Both the position numbers and the translations under genes were made by a program. Shown here one piece after another: positions 21,760 to 31,043 of a stretch of DNA of 31,043 bases; the stretch's first letter is position 1, and the number at the start of each line of letters is the position of its first letter. Source of the stretch: Selaginella moellendorffii (lineage: Eukaryota > Plantae > Lycopodiophyta); contig NW_003314293.1 of the NCBI RefSeq assembly GCF_000143415.4, positions 1,104,381-1,135,423 of the forward strand, in the 5' to 3' direction. Under the pieces are notes generated by a model. That model was not told where the DNA came from, did not search any database, and was given only the letters and a program-made list of their open reading frames with translations.

Positions 21760-22600
21760 TAGCAAATCAACAGTCTCCTCCTCTTTTTACTCTAGAGTAG
21801 CAGTTGGTGCAATTACTTAATACTATATGATTGCAATTAAACAACCAAACTCAGTTGATGGCGGCATTCATAGCACATGGTACAGCTCCTCTTGCTCTTG
21901 GTGCTAATCTTTGTGTTTGGCAAGAGTTCTTTCGCGGGAATCCTAAGGATGATGTGTATCATTGATTCAATCACTTCACGGTAATGTTTGCGTGAGTTTC
22001 CCATATGTCTTTAAAGGACAACATTGTAGTGGTACAATGGTTTGAGCATAGCCATTTGTGGGGATTAAAGTGTTCTCTCAGATGTCTTCAAATGTGCATT
22101 CGGACATGCCAACGATTGTGATGATGCTTTATAACAATTGTATCGTCTTTGTCAAAGGCCATCTGAGTTAGTGATGCAATTTGGCATTCATTTCCGCTTT
22201 GTGTGGAGCCAAATATGTCAAAGCAGATCAAGCTAAGAATGTTTTGGCTAGCACTTTGTCAAGATTTTATTGGACTTATGCATGCACTTGCTCTAGTCAC
22301 CTTTGACGATGCTTTTCGCTTGGCACAAGGCTATGAGTCGTCACTTTTTCCACTTCTCACTACACGTCCTTCAACTTCACTTTCTATAGGTGATAGTCCT
22401 GTTCCAATGGAAGTTGATGCTGCTGCTGCTCAAGTCTAAGGACATGGGCAAGGATGTGGTCGTAGTTGTGATGTTCACTGTTGGGTGTGTGATGAAGTTG
22501 GTCACAATTATCAGCGTTATCAACATTTTCCAAATTGACAACCTCCATTTCCTAGGTGGAGACCTTGGCGTCAACAATGTCCTATTGGTGCTGCTATAGT
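21760..22600 (+). pseudogene. gag: gag (decayed)
   Basis: FFRGNPKDDV..W, DSPVPMEVDA, and zinc knuckle CWVCDEVGHNYQRY (last Cys mutated). Stops and frameshifts. Confidence 0.75.
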
Positions 22601-22644
22601 GAAAGGTCTAGACACCGAGATGCATCTAAGAAACGACGAGTCAG

Positions 22645-23056
22645 GTGAGTAACAAAGGGACCTTGCGTGAATAAGTCAATGGGTGGTGCTGAGTCAAGCT
22701 TTTGACCTCATCCTTGGTATGGATTGGTTGCAGCACAATCGTGCCAAGTGTGACTTTAAGGTTTGTCTCCGTTGTCTCATATTTCCTTATATTTCATCTA
22801 TTCCTCTCATTTTTATACCTCTTCGTCCCTTTACTTCCATTACTTTTGTCCCCCCACTATTTCCTTCTATGTTTCCATCTTGTTCTGCTCTTCCTTTTTC
22901 CGATCCTTCCAACAATCTTTGTGTTGCGGCAGTTGACTGGCTCATGAAGGAGTATTCTGATCTCTTTGAATTTGACTTATCATCTGGAGCCAAGATTGCC
23001 ATATGTCATCCAATTCCAACTAGGGATGCTCGTCCAATCAAGGTTCCTATTCGTTG
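22645..23056 (+). repeat. Local duplicate of gypsy protease region (copy of 23701-24420 with ~306-bp deletion)
   Basis: GTGAGTAACAAAGGGACC at 22645 and 23701; LILGMDWLQHNRAKCDFKV in both ORFs 22683 and 24046. This copy lacks the DTG active-site segment. Confidence 0.9.
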
Positions 23057-23700
23057 AAGTTAAACGTCCTTGGGACAACAGAGTCGGACCTGAGACCCCT
23101 CTAATACCAACATGTGGTGTGATTCCCTTAGCCAACCAACAGAGTCGGACCTGAGACCCCTCTGATACCAAATGTAAGCTCCTGAATTTGGACTTCCCAT
23201 GAGGTCACCCAGCCCAGTACTATTCAAACCCAAGGATGCTTAACTCCAACTATCCCAAGGACGCTTAACTCTGTTGGTTGGCTAAGGGAATCACACCACA
23301 TGTTGGTATCAGAGGGGTCTCAGGTCTGACTCTGTTGGTTGGCTAAGGGAATCACACCACATGTTGATTGACATCTGGCTGGTCCAGTTTGCTCCCGCTA
23401 GGCTCGACCCGAGGGGTAGGGTGTCAAGAGAGCGGGGCTCTCGGGAGAGCTGCGGCTCTCAGCTTCCGTTCACGAGGGCGTGAACTTGCAGGGAAGCGTG
23501 GTGGATTATAAGCAACCAAAGAGAACGATTTGAGAAACGATCCATGAGGTTCAAATATAGAGGGAAAGGGCCCATGAACAAGAGTACACCCCTTTTTCCA
23601 ATCGGTTAAGGGTCTTGGGATAGTTGGAGTTAAGCGTCCTTGGGTTTGAATAGTATTGGGCTGGGTGACCTCCTGGGAAGTCCAAATTCAGGAGCTTATA
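23057..23700 (+). mobile_element. Cassandra-type TRIM with 5S rRNA-derived LTR domain; 5' part rearranged
   Basis: PBS-Met TGGTATCAGA at 23304, short non-coding interior, PPT-like GGGAAGCGTGGTGGAT, and 3' LTR 23507-23700 (TATAAGC..GCTTATA, decayed from TGTAAGC..GCTTACA) containing a 5S-like block. An inverted LTR end + PBS lies at 23076-23260. Confidence 0.85.
23628..23683 (+). promoter_or_regulatory. 5S rRNA-derived Pol III internal control region (A box - IE - C box) inside the LTR
   Basis: AGTTAAGCGTCCTTGGGTTTGAATAGTATTGGGCTGGGTGACCTCCTGGGAAGTCC aligns to the 3' half of plant 5S rRNA. A second, inverted copy is at 23190-23245. Confidence 0.85.
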
Positions 23701-23779
23701 GTGAGTAACAAAGGGACCTTGTGCGAATAAGTCAATGACCCCTCCATTTTTTTTTCAAGAGTATTATTAAGGGGTTCAC

Positions 23780-25853
23780 TTGGCACTAGTTCATCTAGTG
23801 TTTACTTTTCAAACTCATTTTTATAACAAGAGGTCTCCAATTATTCTCTCTGTGCTAGTTGATACAGGTTCAAGTTTATCTTCTATTGCTCGACCTGTTG
23901 CCACACGTTGCCATCTACATTTGTGTCGTGTGGTGGAGCCAATTTTCATTCTTTATGGCAAAGGCCGTATACATGCATGTGCACTGGATAAGGCACATCT
24001 AGTTGTGCATGTGGGTGATCTCGAGCTTAGGTTGTAGTCATATGGGTGGTGCCGAGTCAAACTTTTGACCTCATCCTTGGTATGGATTGGTTGCAGCACA
24101 ATCGTGCCAAGTGTGACTTTAAGGTTTCTCCCCGTTGTCTCATATTTCCTTATATTTCATCTATTCCTCTCATTTTTATACCTCTTCGTCCCTTTACTTC
24201 CATTATTTTTGTCCCCCCACTATTTCTTTCTATGTTTCCCATCTTGTTCTACTCTTCCTTTTTCCGATCCTTCCAACAATCTTTGTGTTGCAGCAGTTGA
24301 CTGGCTCATGAAGGAGTATTCTGATCTCTTTGAATTTGACTTATCATCTGGAGCCAAGATTGCCACATGTCATCTGATTCCAACTAGGGATACTCGTCCA
24401 ATCAAGGTTCCTATTCGTCGTCGGTCACCCAAGGAGATTAAGATTTTACATGCAAACATCAAGGAGATGTTGGAGAAGGGTGTTATTCGGAAGTCACGGA
24501 GTCCTTGGGTATGTGAACCTCATTTTGCGACGAAGCCTGATGGGAGTATTCGTTTCTACATCAACTATCATCCGTTAAACGAAGTGACGATCCCGGATGT
24601 GTATCCTCTTCCTCACACTACTGATCTTTTGGATCATCTGGGGTGAAGTCGTTGGTTCACTAAGCTAGATCTTGCTTTTGGGTACTGGCAAGTACCAATG
24701 GCCGAAGAAGATATTCCTAAGACTACTTTTTGTATATCGTTTGGTTTGTACGAGTTCTTGGTGATGCCGTTTGGTTTGAACAATGCTCCAGCAACTTTCC
24801 AATGGATGATGGACGAGGTTCTTTGCGATATGCCGAAGGTGACTGCTGACTTCATTGATGATGTCTTGATTCATTCGGAGGGGACATCGGAAAAGCACAT
24901 TTGTGATGTTTGTAAAGTGTTGCATCGGCTACGGGATGTTGGTTTAAAATTGAAGCGGTCAAAGTGCGTGTTTGGGTCCAAGGATACAACTTATCTTGAG
25001 TACTATATTTCTCGTAAAGGTTTATAAATTGATCCTGACAAACTTGTGGCTATTCTAAAGTTCCTTACTCCAAAGTGTGTGAATGATGTATAGCGCTTCT
25101 TGGGCAAGGTGCAATATCTTGGTTGTTTTGTGGATCATCTTTTTGATTGCACCGTTGCAAGCGTTACTGAAGTCATCAATGTTGTCTTTCATCTGGTCTC
25201 CGGATTGTGAGCGGGTGTTTGTGGATTTTAAAGAGCTATTGATGACTCCTCCTTTTTTGGCATATCCTAACTACACTCGACCTTTTATTTTGCGTATGGA
25301 TGCTTTTGACATTGGTCTTGGAGGTGTGTTGATGCAAGAGAGCTCAAGTGTGCCTGGTCAGTGCTATCCTATTGTTTATATAAGCCGTACATTACAACTA
25401 ATGGAAATGGACTACTCCACGACAGAGAAAAAGTGTTTAGCAGCAGTTTGGGGTTTTAAGAAACTTTATGCATATCGACATGGTTCTCGGACGTTATTTG
25501 AAGGTGACCATACTGCTGTTACTTCATTATTGAAGTGGAAGAACCTAGTTGGTCGTATTGCTCGGTGGGCTTTGAAGCTTCAGATATATGATTTTGATGT
25601 TGTTCATCATCTAGGGAGTTCTATGGCTGATGTTGATGCCCTTTCTCGAGCTCCTCTTCTTTCTCCACTCTCTTCTCATGTTTCTAACGAGCTTGTTGTT
25701 CTGGCATTTGTAGCGTTTCTAGACGAGGATTTTGTGCCGTCGGCGGTTGTTGTACTTGAAGTTCAGTGTCCACAAGGCACAGAGCAAGATCTACCTTCTC
25801 TTGATGAGGTTCGTGAGGCTCAAAAGATTAAGCCATGGATTCGAAGGCTTTAG
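23780..25853 (+). pseudogene. pol: pol (protease, reverse transcriptase, RNase H), decayed
   Basis: LVDTGSS; LILGMDWL; SPW..KPDGSIRF; VMPFGLNNAPATFQ; FIDDVLIHS; PFILRMDAFDIGLGGVLMQ; YSTTEKKCLAAVW; RIARWALKLQ; DALSR. Stops and frameshifts. Confidence 0.95.
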
Positions 25854-26250
25854 TGTAATGGGTTGGTATGTCGACGGTACCTTTGGGTGTTGGTTACAAG
25901 GTTGAATACATGGAGCACTTGGACTAAGTGCAAAGGCTGAGTGGCATAAATGCCATTCTTGGGGCTAGTATGTCCCCAAGTTGTGAATTAGACTTATGGA
26001 GATCATTAGTGAAACTCCTCCATGTAGTCAAAGGTATGATTAAGTGATTAAAGTAGAATGGAAAATTTAATTGTTTACAGTCGGCCATGTTTGACCTACC
26101 CACTATCCCTACTATATATTTGGAACCCCTTCCAACCCCCCTAGAGGAACACATACTTTGGGTTTTCACCCCAGTCCCAGAAGTTACTTTTTAGGACAAT
26201 CATAAAACTTTATTAAATATAGAATGGTGTTAGATTGTGAATTTGGATAT

Positions 26251-28144
26251 TGTAAGCGACTAAATTTTCCATTCTACTTTAGTCACTTAACCACACCTCT
26301 GACCACTTGGAGGAGTCTCATTCACCACCTCCATAAGTCCAATCCAGGACTTGGGACTTGTTAGCCCCGAGAATGGCATCCATGCCACTCAACATTTGCA
26401 CTTGGTCCAAGTGCTCCACGTGTCCGATCCCATGACCGACACTCAAAGGTACCACCGACATAGCAGCCCGTTACGCTAAGGCCATGCCCAATCACCTTTG
26501 CCACACTGGTAGTCCAATACCACTTGCATCACAGTCTTGGCTCTCCAAGACTAGGCAAACCATCCGTGAGTGGTCATCTCAGATCCACTCCTTAGCATCC
26601 TTAGGATGCCCACCGACAAGGGGAATAGCCTTCCCCAATATCCCTCTGTCAGTCCCCACTAAGTCCCTTTCTGCCCCTGGCCGTGTTTGCCAACACTGCC
26701 ACTGGATCAAGACCCACAGGCCCGACCACTAAGTCCCACGGTCCTCTGGGACTTCCCCACCACACGACTGTGTCCTTGGTCACACCCCAGAGGACTGTCC
26801 CTCTTCCTTTCCACAGTCTGGGCCTTCGGGACAACATTTCGGAACATCGTGGCCTTACGCGAGCCACCTGGGTACTCTCCTCGCCTTTCGCCTTTAGGTG
26901 CTCTAGCCATGGGCTTAGAGCGAGGTTCCATTGAGCCACGACAGGTGTCCAAGTAGGTAGTGCCACCCACACTTGGACTGGGAGCATCGGCCAGTCGATC
27001 TCCCGGGGGAACTAGAGCCGGCTCTTGAACACTTCAGCAAGCTACCCCACTTGTCGGTCCGTGTTCACTCTAGTCTTGGACTTCCCAGTGGGCAGCTCAT
27101 CACCCAACACTGGGTCCGGCCTTCCTGGGCCAAACTGGCCTTTCCTGGCCAAACTGGCTCCACTGCAGTCCTCCCCCTACTATACTTTTGGAGCTCACCA
27201 AACCCCCCAGGGTCTGGGAGACGAACGCTTTGGGCTTTCACCCTCTCAGGCTCCGGACTCGGACTCGGACTCGGACTCGGACTCGGACTCGGACTCGGAC
27301 TCGGACTCGGACTCGGACTTGGGCTCGGGCTCGGTCTCGGTCTCGGCCTCGGCCTCGGTCTCGGTCTCGGTCCCGATCTCGGTCTCGGTCTCGGTCTCGG
27401 TCCTGGTCTCGGTCTCGACTTCGGACTCCATCTCGGACTCCATCTCGGACTCCATCTCGGACTCCATCTCGGGTCCATCTCGGGTCCATCTCGGACTCCA
27501 TCTCGGACTCCATCTCGGGTCCATCTCGGACTCCATCTCGGACTCCATTTCGGGTCCATCTCGGGTCCACCTCGGACTCCATCTCGGACTCCATCTCGGG
27601 TCCACCTCGGACTCCATCTCGGACTCCATTTCGGGTCCATCTCGGGTCCACCTCGGACTCCATCTCGGACTCCATCTCGGACTCCATCTCGGGTCCATCT
27701 CGGACTCCACTTCGGACTCCAACTCGGGTCCATCTCGGACTCCACTTCGGACTCCAACTCGGGTCCATCTCGGACTCCACTTCGGACTCCAACTCGGGTC
27801 CATCTCGGACTCCACTTCGGACTCCAACTCGGGTCCATCTCGGACTCCACTTCGGACTCCAACTCGGGTCCATCTCGGACTCCACTTCGGACTCCAACTC
27901 GGGTCCATCTCGGACTCCCACGTGTCATGTGTTGGCCCTTTTGGGTCCCTTTTTGGAGCCTCGCCTTTTGCTCGCTTCGTGCTCGTTCCTCGAGCCCTTC
28001 GTTGGGAGTTCCACTCCCGCTCTTGACTTTTCAAGTCGGAGCTTTTGGTCCAAACGTGTTACGCTCGTTTGGCTCTCGCTTCGGCCACTACCATGTGGCG
28101 CCCTTCCAGCTCCACTTTGGGGCCTAGGGATTTTGTGTCTCACA
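26251..28144. mobile_element. Young solo-LTR-like insertion, 1894 bp
   Basis: TGTAAGC...TCTCACA ends and perfect 5-bp TSD GATAT (26246-26250 / 28145-28149). The empty site (single GATAT) is at 14944-14948 in the paralogous copy. CpGs intact. Confidence 0.92.
27253..27918. repeat. Compound micro/minisatellite: (GGACTC)n, (GGTCTC)n, 11/12-mers CTCGGGTCCAT / CTCGGACTCCAT, 35-bp higher-order unit
   Basis: Directly visible. The 35-mer ACTCCACTTCGGACTCCAACTCGGGTCCATCTCGG repeats about six times from ~27703. Confidence 0.97.
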
Positions 28145-29528
28145 GATATGGGAAGAACACCATTGTATTCAAGACAATTTCTACATTTTGTAGATATGCC
28201 TCACTAGCAAATTTAAACATTTTCTATAAATTGTCAATAGGACCGAATGGAATAAATACATGAAGATCTTAACCCCAAAAGCTCATTAGAGAACTGGATG
28301 GAAATTGTCTAGTTGAAGGAGTGATTTTGGAATATGCAGAGTATATAGTAGAAATCATACTCATATTTTTGAGTATATAGTAGAAATCTTTTGTTTGTTT
28401 CATAATATAAATCTATTTTTTCTTCCTTCTTTTTCTATTTTGTGGGAATGTAAATATAATATAGTGGTTTTCACTTTATACTCTATGGTAACATATCATA
28501 GGATAACCACAAATTGAAACCCAATCCTTAGACATATGTGCTAAAGGGAATAGAGTAGGATGGGCCACTAAAAAACTCTATATATTGCAAAACTTTTAAC
28601 TAATTAAAAAAAACAGTGCACTTTTGTTTATAAGCCTTATCCCTTTATATTTTAACTTAAATATACTAGATTTTTCATTTGTTTGTAGCAATTGTCTTGG
28701 CCTATTCAAAATCATATATTAAAGTCTTGTTTCCAAGATCTTTACCACCTTATGCTTGATAGTTCAATTATTGTCATTCAAGTGTAGAGATTTAAACAAG
28801 TTGATTTTGAAATTCTCCATTGGCAACATTCTCATAAGGCATCATGAGTGAGAAAAGCTTGGTTATAAATTTGGCACCTTTGAGGATGCATGCTATTACA
28901 ACCATGACTTGAGAATAATCTAAAAAAACATATAGTAAAGGTTATTTAGTAAATTTTTTTTTTTTTTTGAGACTCTTATGGTACAAAAGGAGGATTTTAT
29001 ATTGCCTAAAGGTATTTAGTTACAATTGCTATTATAACAAAATTCCATTGTCCTTAGAGATTGAAGAGGATTCTAATTGCTTAAGTGTAGCTACTTTATT
29101 TGCCTCTACTTTTTTCTTCATCTTTTTATTCTATTTTTCTAATTTGTGAATTTCTTTTCACAAATTCTCAATCTCAATATCTTAAGCTATATGTTGTGGT
29201 ATAGCATCTAGCCCAAGCTCTTCCTCTTTTCACTCAGCCTTAGCCTCTTTTATAGCATAGAGTTTCCTCTTCTTGATTTATTATTGATTTATTATAAATT
29301 GATTTATTTAAACTAGATGTTTTAGTGTTTCAGCATAATTTTGTTTTGCCATCTCATCAGTTATATACATACCTCTATCAATAAATAAACATGCATACAA
29401 CATTCTTAACAAATAGTGCAATCTAACTAATCATATATAGATCAATTTGGATCTTTGAAAATCTTTGTGTATGCAATTGGATTGGAACCACTAAGACAAT
29501 TCCTTTAATACTAAATATAGTGCAATAT

Positions 29529-30302
29529 TGTAGCACATATGATCATAGGATGAGATTTGGATATACTGTCATTGTGAATCTTTGGAACGTTAGGGGATAT
29601 ATGGGGATAAAATAGCCACTAAAGGCTCTCTCATCGAGCAATTGCCCCTTTTCCAGTTAGTTTAAGGGGAGAGAGATAAAGTGCGTTACATGTGGTATTG
29701 GAGCAAATGGCATGGGTTCGATTCCTATTAATTAGTGGTTACTTAAAAATATAATATACCCTTGAGCAAGGTATATTCCTACCCCTAAATTTGAAATCGT
29801 ACGTATACCCTTGAGCAAGGTATATTCCTACCCCTAAATTTGAAATCGTACGTATTGAGCATCCATGCATACGTCTTTCCTTTTGTTTGTGTGGAGTATC
29901 CACGGATGAAGGTATCCATCGTGGGATTGTAGTATGAGTGGATGGCTAGTTGCCTCACATGGAATAGCTATCCACCGTGGGACTATAGTACGAGTGGATG
30001 ATTAGTTGCCTCACATGGAATAGCTGATTTATACAATGAAAGAATTAGTAAATTGAATGCGGAAATGGAGGTGCTAGTTTCAGTAGGGGTTGCTAGTCAA
30101 TAGTCAATGAGGATATTGACATCTCTAAAGGGGGGGTAAGAGTAGTGCATGTGATTATGAAATGAGATTTAGATATACTGTCACCGTAGATCCTTGAACC
30201 CTTAGGGGATAAATGGGGATAAAATAGCCACTAAGGGCTCTCTCATTAAGCAATTGCCCCTTTTCCAGTTGGCTTAAGGGGAGAGAGATAAGGTGCGCTA
30301 CA
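29529..30302 (+). mobile_element. TRIM, duplicate of 16328-17101
   Basis: Same LTRs, PBS, PPT and AATAT TSD at offset +13201. Confidence 0.9.
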
Positions 30303-31043
30303 AATATGCTTTGATTTCAACTCTAAATTCATATGTACTATAAAACAAAGGTTTAGTATACACTTAAAATCCCTTGTAAGCACTAGCTCTCTATATCCAA
30401 CTTTTGTATGCAAAACAGTGTCAAAAAGTGTTTGACACAATTTTGGCATACTGACAGTCTAAGGTAGGTACCCCATTGACTAGAGCAACATGGAACTTAG
30501 GCTTAAACCTAAATAAGACGCAGAATAAAACTTTGTATGAGCCAAATTAATGTTTTAAATGGTTGGTTATATTTACAACTATATACATTTGGAACCACAC
30601 TTACAACTAAGTTAAGTATATTGCTTACAAACTAGTCTATTTGTTATAGCAAACCCAAAGGAGGTTGTTTATTACCCATAGTAATATAGTAATAACTCAT
30701 AGTAACTATTGATAGGCTAATATTGTGAACTTAAAGTGTAACTTTAAGTTTCAACCATAAGTTAATATATTAATTAGAAGTAATAGATTCCAAAATAATC
30801 CTTGAATTTTTAAAAACGAATTTTATTATTTACATTTACTATATAGTTTTTGTGACTGGCCATTCCACTCAGGTATTTCTGAGTGTACAAATGGTACATT
30901 TTGAAATCCATCTCATATGAGTCTAAGAAAAAAATTATACAATATGGCATAAATTAGTAACATACAATGCAATAGCAATAAAAAGTTACCTAATCTTACT
31001 AGATAATACTCAGCTAATTATCATAAAATAATCACAAAAGCAC

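Larger units (their letters stand above)
21248..25849 (+). mobile_element. Decayed Ty3/gypsy LTR retrotransposon, truncated before integrase
   Basis: LTR-PBS-gag-PR-RT-RH order. Cut off at the segmental-duplication junction (~25850); interrupted by a local duplication and a Cassandra-like TRIM. Confidence 0.9.
25850..31043 (+). repeat. Segmental duplication, copy 2 (continues past the window end)
   Basis: Near-identical to 14548-17842 apart from the 26251-28149 insertion. Confidence 0.97.

Noticed and set aside
23628-23683. Functional 5S rRNA gene
   Set aside because: Only the ~56-nt promoter-bearing 3' half is present, without the 5' half or a T-run terminator, and it is embedded in an LTR.
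26973-28207. Six long overlapping ORFs (RS-, SD-, GL-rich, 227-384 aa)
   Set aside because: Products of stop-free hexamer-based repeats open in all frames; not evidence of coding.

Overview
Eukaryotic, transposon-dense DNA, most likely from a non-seed land plant. Lycophyte/Selaginella-like is my inference from the short GT-AG introns (mostly 50-75 bp), CG/CHG-type decay of repeats, the non-seed-plant-like 5S motif and the Crinkler-type gene. Left to right: (1) An ~8.2-kb Mutator-like DNA transposon (941-9123; short TIRs, degenerate 9-bp TSD) with two divergent, decayed, intron-containing genes. One is a GCM/WRKY-finger + DDE + SWIM transposase whose catalytic core has been flipped by a 242-bp inversion. 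The other is a passenger gene that reads as a ParB/Srx domain fused to a beta-class amino (N4C/N6A) DNA-methyltransferase-like domain; this is the most unusual item in the window. (2) An inverted fragment of a sister MULE. (3) An RT-less chromovirus remnant. (4) An old solo-LTR-like element. (5) A small TRIM. (6) An apparently intact 3-exon Crinkler/RHS-type gene (coiled coil - P-loop NTPase - PD-(D/E)xK nuclease). (7) A decayed Ty3/gypsy element containing a rearranged Cassandra-type TRIM with 5S rRNA-derived sequence. (8) A near-identical tandem segmental duplication that starts at ~25850 and carries a young 1.9-kb solo-LTR-like insertion absent from the first copy. All calls come from reading motifs by eye; no searches were run.
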